Notes under the pieces: generated by a model
Told to the model about the DNA's origin: nothing
Databases searched by the model: none
What the model saw: only the letters and a program-made list of their open reading frames with translations
Assembly: GCA_965203295.1 (NCBI GenBank)
Contig: CBDBCZ010000014.1
Location: 800,001 to 864,000 of the forward strand
DNA: 64,000 bases
Direction of reading: 5' to 3'
Source of the DNA: Nitrospirales bacterium
GTDB lineage: Bacteria > Nitrospirota > Nitrospiria > Nitrospirales > UBA8639
Program-made: the position numbers and the translations under genes
Shown: in pieces, positions 11,748 through 25,290 of the stretch
Numbering within the stretch: position 1 is the first letter of the stretch
Layout of the letters: each line of letters begins with the position of its first letter

Positions 11748-11935
11748 GAGTGGGCTAATATTCAGTAATACTCAGGGGTGGGCTTACGTATATTCAGCAG
11801 TGGGCTTATACTCAGGAGTGGGCTTATACTCAGGAGTGAGCTTATACTCAGGGATGTGCTAATACTCAGGGGTGGGCTTATAATCAAGAGTGGGCTTATA
11901 CTCAGTGTGGGCTCATACTCAAGGGTGGACTTAAT
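11748..11935. repeat. ~18-bp minisatellite GAGTGGGCTTATACTCAG; also 40547-40735
   Basis: About 9-10 contiguous degenerate units. Confidence 0.8.
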
Positions 11936-13749
11936 TATATGCTCTGGGTGGGTTAAAACAGGGAGAACAATGCCCTTTGGTGTTCTTAAAACATTGATAT
12001 GGTACCAATTGCCATCAGAGGAACTTACATCAGAGGAACTTAGGCATGTACGTATGTGTAGCTAGAACTATACCTAATCACCTGGAAAGTACTGCAGTGC
12101 AGCGTGGCCTGTTATCTAGTCAGCTTCAGGACAGGATCATGTATCTTGCTTCTGTTGTGTAAAGACAGACAGCCATCACCTGTATACGACAAGGCGGTTG
12201 TAGAGATGACATCAAAGTACATCCAGTGCATTCTAGTTGAAAACCTAACAATTAGTGAACAAAAAGTGACATTCAGAGAAGAAAAAAACAAATGTTACTT
12301 ACGTACATACATCACTTCGCACAGCTTGAACCCAGCATGCATACATTCTGAACATGGACCAGTGCATGCAGTATCTTGTCCTACGGGGAAAAATGTGGAT
12401 ATTCATGTGACAAGACAGAAATTATCCATTTACAGTACTGGACATCACCATTGCCATCCTATTCTGTGACCTGCGATAACAGGATTAGGTGAGTGCTGTG
12501 AGCAAGGCAGTCATACAGCTGTACATGAAGGGTGGTTTGTGCTGCTAGCCATTTGTGAGATGACGACATGCACTCATAATAATTTACATGAGTGTCCAGT
12601 ATATCAAGGCCTGCTGGCTATATATGGCAATGGATATGGGAGGTATAATGTACGTCCTCAACCTCTGTACATTAATTTCCCATTTACCCAGTTTCTCTAC
12701 TGTTTTGTGGCTAAAATCAACAATGTCAATTATTTAGTGAACAGAAAGTGACATTACGCAGAATGGTCAATTTGTGCAATCATAACTCATGCAAGATTAG
12801 TCATAATGTAAGAAATAAGGGGGGGGGGGTCCTCACTACATAAAAACTTCATTCCTCCTGCCAAGTGAAGGTGTCACACCACTTAGCTGCTGGCTGCAAA
12901 AAGATCAGGTGGCTCTACATACAAGCCCATTCAGTCCCAATATGCATACAGCCAATATAGCTCAGAGGTGCAGTGTAATATGTAGCAGCATCTCTACCTT
13001 GTCCTGCCACATGTGACGTTAGTAGTACACACTAGATCCAAATGCATCTCTTACTACATGTGTATCCATGCAACAATGCTACGTATCCTAGAAAGAGCAA
13101 ATATGACATGAATACCACTTGGGTATTCTTAACAGTGTTTCATACAAAGGGAGGGGGGGCGCAGTTGGATCTCCTCTCTCCCCTTCCCTTCAGAATTTTA
13201 AAATTATGATGTCATATTTACTAATGACACTGATTTTGAATTAAGTGCTGCATAGTTAGCTAGCAGCCAAAAGCCACCAGAATATAAAATTTTTGGGGGG
13301 CATGCCCCCAGACCCCCTAGAAGGGTGTGGTTTGCACATACCTAGGTAGGTAGCCTGTTTCACAAGGTGTACACGTAAGTGAAGGTTAGCTTCTAATGAG
13401 TGATTATTGCATACATTGACTATCCCTAAGCATTCAGTCTCCATCCTACAGCAAAAAGTCTTGTATGAAACTCTGCTTAAGAGCGACAATATGGCCAAGC
13501 TTAAAGATACACTGCCAAGTATAATGATAAAATTCAGCACAAGTAAAAAATGGTACAGCTAGTGCCCCAGAGCAAAAGGAAGTACTCATGTTGTTGCCAT
13601 AGTACTTGCGCCATTGACCACATGCACCACCATACGCAGTTGTATGATCTCCAGTCAGAGGACAAGAGCAAGAGCAAACAGACGATTCACCGTCCTGATC
13701 ACCATATAACTTATTCTTCCAAGTATCCCAAATTAAAACTCTTAACTAG

Positions 13750-14830
13750 TTTTAATAAAGCCTTAAAATCATAACTGTCCCAATTTTCCACCCTAACCTG
13801 TTAATTCTCTTAATTATTGAGTGCACTATACTTTTCAAAACTGCCCCACAACTGTCTAATATTTCCATGAAAGTATTTCTTATTGCAGCATACACAGGAC
13901 ACTCCCAGAGCACATGTACTACACTCTCAAATTCATCCCCACATAACTTACACACTGCCTGTCATTTTTACCCCCATGTCTCCCTAACTCTTCATTCAGA
14001 CCTAAACTTAAACAGCAATCGTGTTCCTGGATCCACTGAGAGTAATTCTTGAATTTTATTTCCTTACAAAAAGACTTGGACAGACTCAGTTTATTTAAGC
14101 CAACTCTAAAGTCTTTATATTCGCTCTCTATATCTCAACTCTTCATCTACTCTCTCTAAGAACAAATTTACACTGTTATTATTTCCTGTCTGTCTTGATT
14201 TCAACGTAGCAACAATTCACTGATTAGTTTCCTCCAAGTCTTCCTCTGCCTACCCCTACACAGATTCACTCCCCACTCAAGAGTCTAGTAATAATCTAGG
14301 ATATCTCTCATCAACCAAATATTATTATTGACACCACTTAAGTTTGCACTATTCCCTCCTGCCTTTTAAAGACTCTAACTTCATATCCCCTCTTACTGCT
14401 TCATTGCACGTTTTAGAAGAGCAGCCAAGAATCTTTTCAGCTGATTAGATTCCAAGGAAGCTGTCTGTCGCTTATTACAGGCCTACACTTCATGACCATC
14501 CCATGAACCATTATTAGCAAATTCAATGCCCAAGTAACAGTAACTTGCAACCCTTGGAATGTCTGCATTCATTACAAAAGCCCTGTACTACATTAATATT
14601 AATGTCTGTAAGTCCTCGGCATTTAGTAGTTAAACCTACAAAATCAGCAGCAAACTTTAGACCCCCAACCTTAACATCCTTCTCCTTAATGCCAATCCCA
14701 GCCTTCTCAACCTCATTTAACAACTGATTGATGAAAATGAAAAGAGAACTAGGCAAAATACTACAACCCTGTGCCACCCCTTGACCTATATTGAATGGTT
14801 TGGATTTTTCTCCCTCCAGTAAAACAGCAC
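13750..14830 (-). mobile_element. Degenerate, 5'-truncated non-LTR retrotransposon (RT core plus C-terminal CCHC)
   Basis: GVAQGCSI...FIFIN and GGLKFAADFVG (FADD-like) motifs, then CKLCGDEFESVVHVLWECPVY. Multiple frame breaks. Confidence 0.85.
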
Positions 14831-15104
14831 TCATAAGAACCTTGCATACAAAAGGAAAGTTCTCTGAATACGGGAAAGTGAAGTTAACGTTTAACTTAAC
14901 TTTTGCCATGGGGAAGACTAGAGCATCTGAGTAGTTGAAATATTGGCGGAATTTCGAAAGTTGGTACTCAGAGAATTTTCCTTTCTTAAGAGAGTAGATT
15001 TTAAAATAACGTTTACTTACATATTTTGCACTATCTCATAGGGAGTTTAGCTCTCAAAGTGGTATACATGTTCCCACAGCATGAAAGTCCCAGGCAAAAA
15101 CACT

Positions 15105-15705
15105 TACAGCCATATAATTGTATTGTTGTGAAAAATACGTACAATTTAATTGGCTGAAAAGAGGAGAATTAGACCTCCTTTTTGTAGCTGAACACAGTAA
15201 ACCTGATGTACCATGTTTGACTCAGCTTGGAAGAAGACTCCAAGTGGCAAAAAGATTGTCAGAAAATGTTTAGAAATGTTTTGTCCGCAACTTGAGAGAT
15301 TTTTTGAAAATAATAACACCTACATGTACATGTACGCTGAACAGTTGGTTGTGAAAATTGAAGTCGCCTATAAATTATTGTTAACTTTTGCCATAACGAT
15401 ATTCCATCACTCTAAATGCAACAATGACAAAATCGAAATACGATACATTTCATTATGTGATGTCAACTATGTAACCTGAAATTTTCACCACCGACTGTTC
15501 AATAATATTATAGGTACTACTACATGATCTGCACCTTATAGTCTGATGTTTTGTCTGTAATTTTGATCCACTTGGAGTCTGCTCTTCAAAGGTGGGTCAA
15601 ACATGGTACATCTGGTTTACTGTGTTCACCTACAGAAAGGAGGACTAACTCCCAACGCTTCTCTTTTCAGCCGATTACCAATTTCAACAACTGGGTTGTA
15701 AATTC
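15105..15705. mobile_element. Foldback element with long imperfect inverted repeats; also ~43901-44501
   Basis: TGAACACAGTAAACCTGATGTACCATGTTTGAC (~15190) pairs with GTCAAACATGGTACATCTGGTTTACTGTGTTCA (~15596). Further paired blocks lie inward and outward. Ends are approximate. Confidence 0.65.
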
Positions 15706-16960
15706 CTGTGGTTTACCTATCTAATTAAGACATTTGTGTGGGCAGATTTACTTATACCACTTTTAATAGAGAGATCAACTCCAAACCCTGTAGAAAATAT
15801 ATGGAACAGCGTATGTACATACGTATCTACTCTTGCTCTGGAGCATGCAGAAGGGGTGAAACTTACATCACTGTGATCTATAGAGGAGAGTAGGATCTTC
15901 CACTTTGGTGAAAACATGGCTGTTGAAGACATTCATGACCTTCCCAATACCAAGGCCTTGGACTAGAGAGCTAACAATTAGGGTTCAGGTCATCGCATGC
16001 CACTCCAGTGAAGTACAAGCCTCAGCATAACAACATTGCTCATATCACTCTCCAAATGCAACAGTGCACAAGCAAAGCACATCACAACTACATGTACATC
16101 ACAGCTATATGCCTATATGCATATTAAGTACATGTACATAAATCTTGAAGACATTCAGAGTACAAGCCACCCTACAAAATGTCTGTCTTGCTCATGGCAT
16201 GTCACAAGCAAGGTAACACTTGACAGAGGTTCCAGTTTAGATAAAATGATCAGGGAGCTAAATCCAAAAGCTCAAAGCGGAGCGCCTGTATATGAGTATA
16301 GATCCAGAGTAGGTTACACTGTTCCTGCACTAGAATTAGGCTAGCTAAACTGCTGCTGCGTTCAAAAATTAAATGACACACCACAGCTAATCACATGACA
16401 GCAAGCTACTGTGCCACCAGAGTTCATGCAAATACAACTGCGGCTACCAAAATTAATGCCTTGAGCTTTAGTTTCTGCTATTCTGTTAGTAGCACATCGT
16501 CTACTAATGTACTATCTATGCCTTACCCCAACATAGCTGCACAGCCTTGTCTCAGCTGCTCAGTGCACACTCATTCACTGACTATAGTACTCTACACTCC
16601 TCGACCTTCAGCCACTCCACTCCGAGTAAATATCCCCCAATGACATTACTGCATGACTGTCACTCACAGTTCTTGCCAACATCTAGACATATATAAGCCC
16701 AAAGAAATTGTCAGCAGTCTCAAGAAGCCACCAAAAGCGACATTAATTAGAGCACTTAAGATTCAAAGGGAATATGCAGCTAAAGTCTTTCCCACCTCAA
16801 CCAAGTGACTCTGTATAAAGATCTGACTAGGGCTATACAGTTAAGGACAAAAATAGCTTCTCACCATCACACTGGGGTATGTGGTAAAGTTAAGACTTCT
16901 TGTTTTTCAGTTATTTTCTTTCCCTGATTCCTTGGCAAGCTAACAGAGTGATATAATAGA

Positions 16961-17240
16961 TCAACACTAGCAGAGTACTAGTATTAGAGTGGTAGTTATG
17001 TGCTTACATCATCGCCAGACTACGTATACTACAAGGGAGTGCTGATACGTATCTCAGTACAAAACTAGTGCAAATTATGTATCAGCACAAACAGTCAACA
17101 CTAGCAGAGTACTAGTATTAGAGTGGTAGTTATGTGCTTACATCATCGCCAGACTACGTATACTACAAGGGAGTGCTGATACGTATCTCAGTACAAAACT
17201 AGTGCAAATTATGTATAATAAATCTCAGCACAAACAGTCA
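16961..17240. repeat. 134-bp direct tandem duplication; also ~45757-46036
   Basis: TCAACACTAGCAGAG...GCAAATTATGTAT occurs at 16961 and again at 17095. Confidence 0.9.
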
Positions 17241-17397
17241 TAGAACCATCATGTAATATTTCCTATAAACAGAGTGTCCAACATTACAGCTGAGGCACAT
17301 CACATGACAGTCATACATGCTCTAACATATTGCATGTATAGCATTGATTGTATGAATGGTACTGTAGACACAGACTCCTTTCTAGATAAACATGTGG

Positions 17398-18570
17398 TCT
17401 ACAGAAGAATGTAGTATGCAACATGCTTTGTATGCAAGTAAGTTCCATCATGCACCTGCCCATGCTGTTGACCAAATGTGTAACTAACACACATGCATAC
17501 ATGTACGTACGAAGGTACGTACATACAAAGTATATACAGGTTTATACTGGCAGTTTGAAGTGATTTTCTTTAGCATTTCTACTTCCGATATCCTTTCTTG
17601 CAAACGATTTTCACATGATTCCAGGTGCTCCTCCATAGAAACATAGCTATGTATGTAAAACATTGTATACATTACTTCGAAACTAACTGTGAAAGCACCA
17701 CAACTACATGCAACATGAACAGTTAACATGCAATGATTACTATGCAGCAGAGAGTAATCCAAAACTAGTAAAGCCTATTACAAGCTAAGATGGAAATGTG
17801 CGTGTGTGTTTCATATGCATGATACCCATGCAGCCTTGACAGGGATAGTTCAGAGCTCTATGCAGTCTCTAGAATAGTCAGTATTTCTGCTCTGTTTTCC
17901 ACATAATTTACATACCTCAGATCTTTAGCCATTGGGTTCTTCTTGTAAGCAGCCAGTTCTTTCCTTAGTTCAGCTATAACAGCATCTTTTCTTTGGCTCT
18001 CAGACTCAAACAGAGCCAGCCTACAGACTCTGTCCGTTAGACACTGCACTTGCACTTGATAATCCTGTAAAACGTGGCATGTAATCTAAATATGTACGTA
18101 ACAGGTAATTTCAGAATCCAGTACACAAACTTGAAAAGCAGATACATGTATGTACATAGTCAGCTGTGTACATACATGTACATGTACATAGACTAACCAT
18201 CTTTTCGAGTGTATACAGCAAGTTTTCCAGCAAGGAAAATAAACCACTTAATACAAAATGTGCATCACAATAATGTGTTCTACGACACCAAGAGCAACTA
18301 TCCTGTGCTATCTATTTTGGCATGCATGTAGGAGAGGGGTGTAACTAGAATGACATTCCATGAGTAAAACATATTTAATATACCTTCTCAATGAGGGCAT
18401 CATATATACGTAGCAAAGAGTTGCTTTCAGAATCCTCTCCTGTTCTTGCTCTTTGTTCCACAGCATCCAGTCCTAAAACAGGACCAAGAATAACAATACG
18501 TACACACATAATATTATACAGTAGTAATCATAGCAGGCTTATGGTACTGTATTGCATTGCAATTAACGAG
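17398..18570 (-). pseudogene. Inverted copy of the FHAD1-like exon block; also ~46194-47366
   Basis: Reverse complement of ~22583-23770 with the same peptides. The donor of the last exon is deleted. Confidence 0.8.
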
Positions 18571-19109
18571 CTCGCGAGTCAGCCATCACCTATACAAGTT
18601 TACGCTTGCGAGCCAGCCATCACCTACGGACTCGCAAGCCAACCCTTCGGCGACGGGGTTGGCAGAGTTCTGCAGAACTCTTCCTATGGCTACCAAGAGC
18701 GCATAACTGCACAGCAAGAGCTAGCCAGATGCCTAACCAAAAGGTTCGCTGAATCATAGACATCAGTCACCACGTGGACGTTATTAACATCTATGGCTGA
18801 ATAAATATTAGGTGTTTACGGTGTATGAGCCACGCCCTCTTCCACGGATTCCGAAAATTATTATACGTGCAGGTTTGCTGTCCAAGAAGAATCGATCGTA
18901 AATCAAGACCTACGAGAGAGGCAAGTGTTTAATATCCTATGCTTCTGGTGCTCGAATGCCAGTAGGCTCTAAATATGTACACCAGTGGGCAGACATGACC
19001 AGTCTAATTGGGGTCCTATGTTTTAAAACAGTCCTAAATAGTGACCCCCATGCATACATAATTAGCTGAACTAAAAATGACCTTTTTAAGCCTTGCAAGG
19101 GGTCCTGTT

Positions 19110-19363
19110 CCCTAACCCTATCCCTAACCTTAACCCTAACCCTAACCTGATTCTAACCCTAATTAAATTAGGGGGCTATGAATCTCATTTAAGATTAGAC
19201 TTTTGCCTTACTATTCAGGGATTTGTATGCTTGGGGTCAAAATTGTCATTTTCTAGCAAAGTTGTAGCTTGATCAGACTAACCCTAACCCTAACCCTAAC
19301 CCCAACCCTAACCCTAACCCTAACCCTAGGCCTAACCCCAACCCTAATCCTAACCCTAACCCT
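19110..19363. repeat. Interstitial telomere-type (CCCTAA)n blocks, 19110-19162 and 19278-19363; also ~47905-48152
   Basis: Degenerate CCCTAA arrays are directly visible. Confidence 0.9.
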
Positions 19364-19415
19364 GACACTAAAGACATTTACATAAGTCCTTGAATAGTAA
19401 GGTAAAACTTCCTCC
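19193..19415. mobile_element. Small TTAA-flanked TIR element enclosing a (CCCTAA)n block; also 47988-48204
   Basis: TTTTGCCTTACTATTCAGGGA pairs with TCCTTGAATAGTAAGGTAAAA. TTAA lies at 19189-19192 and 19416-19419. Confidence 0.55.
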
Positions 19416-19419
19416 TTAA

Positions 19420-20389
19420 GGTAGGAAGAGCCTCACCTTCGAATCCGCGTGATTCTCCTCATGAATAATTAACGAGATGACATCACTCACGTGGCGCTAA
19501 TTAGATTCATTGATATGTTTGCATTTTCCCATGGCGGCAACCGGAATCAACAGGAGGGGTGTGTCACTTTGATGTGGATAGCGGCTCTTTCATATGCGAT
19601 ATCGGCACTTTGATGTGGTTGAGCGGTACTCTGATGTTGGCTTTCAACACTCTTTTTTTTTCTTTTTTTTTTTTTTTTTTTTAAAAAGAAGATATGACAT
19701 CATAGAATTGTGAGTAGGCTTTTTATGTCAGAATAGCTAGCTAGTGTGTTGTAGAAAGTTTGTTAGGCTGCCCGAGTGGCTAGAAGTCAGCCAGACAGAC
19801 GGATAGTGGCAGGTTGTTGCCCATCTCAGGTAGGCTAGAATTGACACCTTTCGGGTCTGTAGGCCCCGCCCATTTTTTTTTAATTAGCTCGAATAGCTAG
19901 TTGTGTGAAAATCTGTGGAGATTTATAGGGAGAGCTTTGGTGGGTGGTTCTCAGAAACCGAGGGGTGAATGAAAAATCGCATTCCTAATTTTTGTGGGAG
20001 TAGGTTGAAGTTTGTAATGCAGGGCTCGAATTCGTCGAGTGAGCGTGGGCGGTTGCCGAATTTTTTTTGAAAGTCACGATAGCGAAAATGAGGGTTTTGG
20101 GGTGGTTGGATGCGTTCAGGGCTGTAAAACTGGCTTTGAAGCATTCCTGTGAAAAAGCATACCTACGTTTGTAGCCTGTAGGTACTGGTGTTGTTGCCAG
20201 ACTGTGGGTGGGGCTCTAGCAGATTCCAAAATTTCTCGTATTTTAAAGCAACCCGAAATTGCATTTTTGTGGATTATTTAGCAGGAGGTGTGGTTAGATG
20301 CAAAATTTTTGTCAATTCGAGGTAGACTTTCATGTTACCAACAAAGCCGTCCATTTGAATTGTGGATTCCAGGTGAGGCTCTTCCTACC
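19420..20389. mobile_element. Non-autonomous Kolobok-like element, 970 bp
   Basis: TTAA|GGTAGGAAGAGCCTCACCT ... AGGTGAGGCTCTTCCTACC|TTAA, a perfect 19-bp TIR. Confidence 0.85.
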
Positions 20390-22154
20390 TTAATAGCGGT
20401 TGCACTCACCGTACGTTATACTTCTCAAGTGGGTATCCAACTGAATGAACGCCGCTGGAATGTCACTGCAACTATGAATTTGTGTAGTGGTTCATGCGCT
20501 CCTGATATTATGTGGCATCATTGACATAACACAATCTAGTGAACAAATTGATCTTGGAGACCAAAATTTTCGGAATATTGGTCTGGGCAGACCATTTCTT
20601 CCTGAAACTTTTGATCTCCCCACGAAAATAATAATCCGACCATGTTGGAACTGTTCCACGAGCGAATTCCACCTGCTACTGTCTTCCGCACTAGACTACT
20701 ACAATGTGGTGGATAGCTACAATAGCCTGCATTGTAATAGCGAATGTATTGGCATGTTTTGTTGTCTTGGGCGACAGCTAATGCCAGAAGCCTCAAATTC
20801 ACTATCACCAGTACCATCGAGAAAGATTCCTGCATCGATGTACCTCATACAGCATTATTTAGCAACACTAGATGGCACTGTAGCAGATGTGAGAAGTAGT
20901 ATATTTGCAGATATTCAGTTAAATTGCTTAATAATAACTATGCCATAGTACATCCAAAGGGGGACCAACATTTTCAAGGTAGGACGTGTAGGACCTACTG
21001 TGCTGAAAGATTCAAAATTGGCAACTCTGCTGGAAGATGTAGCTGGGGGGGGGGGGGGGGGGGGGGGTCAGTTTTCCAATAGAAATTTTGGTCCTTTGAC
21101 CATTTCTTCCAGGACCAAGATTCCAGACACATCTGGATTTCAGTTGGAACTTAGCAGCTTTAAATTTGTTTCTACAGGTATTATAATAATGTGTATTTAA
21201 AGTGTGTGCAACTTGCTGTGTGGGTATAGATTTCTTAAACGTACAGCTTTACTTGCATCGTCAGAATGTTTAAGCGTCAGTCATATCATAGCCATGCAGC
21301 TTTTCTGTGATGAGTTGCCTCCTTTCAAACAATGTTCACAGCAGGCAAGTACTGAATAACTGTAAATGTGATTCTGCTATTGCAGGTCAATGTAACTTCA
21401 TTGATGTTTTTCAACTACCATGACCACAAATGAAGATAAGGTGCCTCACAGCAGCAGTGCTCCACCCTCAGCTCCAGAAGCAGTATCCCTACGACACAGG
21501 TGTCAATTTTTTTAGTTTTGTTCAATACTATTTGCATGTATGCACAGTAGGTATTACATGTACATCGCAAACTCTTCAGCTTTCAGCTGAGCTACTTGCT
21601 ATGTACATGTACAAGTAGATGTAGCTGTAGACATGTCCATGTTCATGTCAATTCTATACTGGAGGATGAATTGTAATTGCAAAAGGTTGTCACAGAAACG
21701 TGTATGTAGCGTGTAAACACCGTGCAAATCAGACAACCTGTAAAAAATATGGACAGAATCTCCAAATTATGTGCAACTGCTAGCAACATTACAATATTGC
21801 CAGAGTAGTGACTCTTGAGTGGTCAGCTAGCATAGAGTGATAAGTGTGGCTAGGCCTTAGTGTGAGATCATTATGGAGTATGTTGCAGAGCAGACCTGCA
21901 CATCTGAACACTTGATTAGACCTCATCAGTTATCACCGACTTTGAGTTTACTTTACTTTAGCTGTCTATAGCACAACTACTGCTAACACATACCAGTGAC
22001 TACCACCTATTAACAAAATCTATCTTAGTCACAGTCTGTTACACATGCATGCGTATCGGCAACTGCCGTCAGCCAGTGATGTGTATTTTTTGGATGCAGC
22101 TGATAGCAGAGAAGCAGCCTCAAGCAACGTTTTCCTTTCTTCTTTTTCATTTAG

Positions 22155-23615
22155 CCCATTTTAATACATGATGAGACAACTGTATCAGATCCCAGTTCTC
22201 CACACCAAGGAAGGAATACTCACGGTAGGTTTGATTTGTTGTAAAGTAAGTCTGCACTATTGGTTTTATTTGAGTTGGACATTCAATACCATTATTTTTA
22301 CAGTACTTCTGAAATTTTTATGATAATATATGTAATTATTATTTCAGTACATCTGGAATTTCTGTGGGCCATATGAGTATTATGTTTCCAAAATCTGGTC
22401 ATACATGTGCAGGAGGGTTGAGCCCCCCACACACACCACACACACACAAAAGCAACCTGGATTGATGTTAAAATTTCCTTCACACCAGTTGGTACCCATC
22501 TAGTGTCTAGTGCAACGTAGCCTTGTTTCCACACACGCACACACACACACTTTTAGTAGCTGTACCCACCCCTGATGTGACACTCGTTAATTGCATTCAC
22601 CCAATGTACCATAAGCCTGCTATAGTTACTACTGTATATGTGTGTACATATTGTTGTTCTTGGTCCTGTTTTAGGACTGGATGCTGTGGAACAAAGAGCA
22701 AGAGCAGGAGAGGATTCTGAAAGCAACTCTTTGCTACGTATACATGATGCCCTTATTGAGAAGGTATAGTTTTACTCATGGAATCTCATTCTAGCTACAT
22801 CCCTCTCCTACATGCATGCCAAAATAGATAGCACAGGTTAGTTGCTCTTGGTGTCGTAGAACACATTATTGTGATGCACATTTTGTACTAAGTGGTTTAT
22901 TTTCCTTGCTGGAAATTTGCTGTATACACTCGAAAAGATGGTTAGTCTGAGTGGGCCATCAGCCTGTTCTGATCATTGGCCCTTACTTACATACACATGT
23001 ACATGTATGTACACAGCTGACTATGTACATACATGTATCTGCTTTTCAAGGTTTGTGTACTGGATTCTGAAATTACCTGTTACGTACATATTTAGATTAC
23101 ATGCCACGTTTTACAGGATTATCAAGTGCAGTGTCTAACTGACAGAGTCTGTAGACTGGCTCCGTTTGAGTCTGAGAGCCAAAGAAAGGATGCTGTTATA
23201 GCTGAACTAAGGAAAGAACTGGCTGCTTACAAGAAGAACCCAATGGCTAAAGATCTGGGGTATGTAAATTATGTGGAAAGCAAGGCAGAAATATTAAAGA
23301 GACTGCATATAGCTCTGAACTATCCCAACTCTGTAAAAGCTGCGCATGGGCATCATGCATATAAAACACACACACACATTTTCCATTTTAGCTTGTAATA
23401 GGCTTTACTAGTTTTGGATTACTCTCTGCTGCATACTAATCATTGCATGTTTAACTGCTCATGTTATATGTAGTTGTGGTGCTTTCACAGTTAGTTTCAA
23501 AGTAATGTATACAATGTTTTACATACATAGGTATGTTACTATGGAGGAGCACCTGGAATCATGTGAAAGTCGTTTGCAAGAAAGGATATCTGAAGTAGAA
23601 ATGCTAAAGAAACAG
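22155..23615 (+). pseudogene. Spliced coiled-coil gene fragment resembling FHAD1 (exons 22155-22224, 22675-22763, 23117-23259, 23531-23615)
   Basis: Four phase-compatible GT-AG exons give ...LIEKDYQVQCLTDRVCRLAPFESESQRKDAVIAELRKELAAY...MEEHLESCESRLQERISEVEMLKKQ. The FHAD1 resemblance is from recall and unverified. Whether it is functional is unknown. Confidence 0.6.
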
Positions 23616-25059
23616 GTCTGTATCACTTCAAACTGCCAATATAAACCTGTCTATACTTTGTATGTACGTATCTTCGTACGTACATGTATGTGTGTTTATT
23701 ACACATTTGGTAACAGCATGGGCAGGTGCATGTTGGAACTTACTTGCATATCCACATTCTTCTCTTGTAGGACAAGATGGGAGTGATTGATCCTATTTTT
23801 GCACCGAGAAAGGCCAGAAGGAGAGATATAGCGTGCACTGGTCCATGATCAGAATGTATGCATGCTGGGACCAAGCAGAGCTGAGTGATGAACATATGTA
23901 CATAAGTAACATCTGTTTTTTTTCTTCACTAATGTCACTTTCCGTTCACTAATTGTTGGATTGTCCTGATTTTCAACTAGAATGCACTGGATGATGTACT
24001 TTGATGTCATCTCAAGTTTGGTTACAACCGCTTGATAAATACTGGAGATAATTATAAACCATGCAGTGAACTGTGCCCAATTGCCGTAGACAATGTATTA
24101 GGGGGAGCAATGTTTGGCACCCCTACTACAGTGTCTGTAGAAAGTGGACAGAATTCACTAGTGCATAACTTTGGAACATAACAATTACAGTGCAATCAAA
24201 CTTGAGATAACAACTCAGTATACTAGCTTTCTAATACCATATTGTATGGTCATTTGTCTGCCGTGTTTGAATCAAATCATTATTCATTAATTTCCCTTCA
24301 TTCAGTGCTGACTGGTAGATGTTACAGATTTCAGTTTTCACGGAATGCTATACAGTTATTCATATCACCTTCCTCCCCTTTTTTCACTACATGGCTAACC
24401 CAGACTGGAATAAGAAAAACCCTGAGAACCAGGCAATTAAGCACTGCTACATATACTGATTATAGTCTTGTAACTGTGTGTAAATATAGGAAATTTAATT
24501 AGCTAAGAGTATTTCTCAATAAGGTAATTTATGAATACCACAATGGTCTGCCAAACTAATGTACCCAAGTACCATTAATCAGCATTGTGCTGTATCTATG
24601 CCCTTGCTTGGCCTGTTACCCTGTGTGATCTGTGTATACTGTAGTGATAACATGCTGCCAATGGCGCATGCACTGAATGCCTTAGGCTGTATTTTGTCTC
24701 AATTAATTGCCAGACAAAATGAGTGAATTGCATTTCCAAGGGGAAAGATTGTCAGTGAAGCGAGCAATAAGTGAACCAAGAAATCAGCAAATAGAGAAGC
24801 AAGTGAAGCCTTAGACTGAGTGTGTATGGAGTACCACATGTGCTAGGCTATTTTGTTTATTCATGCAGTGATATTAATTTTGCATAGCTGATGACATAGT
24901 ATCCAGACACACATAATATAAGAACTATAGCACAGTACAGTCACAGATACAATAATTATATAACTTAAAACTGCTATAGCTGTTTCGAAACTCAAAAGTG
25001 AAAATTGGTGACTATGAAGTGCAAGGTTTCCTAATCAGTGCTGCTTCACTTCCCACTCA

Positions 25060-25290
25060 CTGTCTAGTAGTAATGTAGGATATCTCTCAGCATCCAAATT
25101 ATTGACTTTATACGTTTGCATCTATCCCTCCTGCCTTTCAAAGATTCTAACCCCATATCCCCCTACTGCTTCATTGCACGTTTTAGAAGAGCAGCCAAGT
25201 ATTTTCTAGCTGCTCCTAGCTGAGTAGATTCCAAGGAAGCTGTCTGCCTTTTATTACAAGCCCACACTATTCTAAGTAGGACTAAGTACC
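25060..25290 (-). mobile_element. Short second fragment of the same LINE family; also ~53860-54080
   Basis: Shares CTGCTTCATTGCACGTTTTAGAAGAGCAGCCAAG and GATTCCAAGGAAGCTGTCTG with 14395-14468. Confidence 0.75.

Noticed and set aside
11748..12065. Repeat array as a CRISPR, or the 95-aa repetitive ORF as a gene
   Set aside because: The units are contiguous with no unique spacers and the context is eukaryotic. The ORF is just the translated minisatellite.
19110..19363. True telomere or chromosome fusion site
   Set aside because: The blocks are short, degenerate, in one orientation and partly inside a TIR element.
20288..20948. 153-aa and overlapping ORFs as genes
   Set aside because: The two + ORFs have non-ATG starts, none shows recognisable motifs, and one crosses a MITE boundary.
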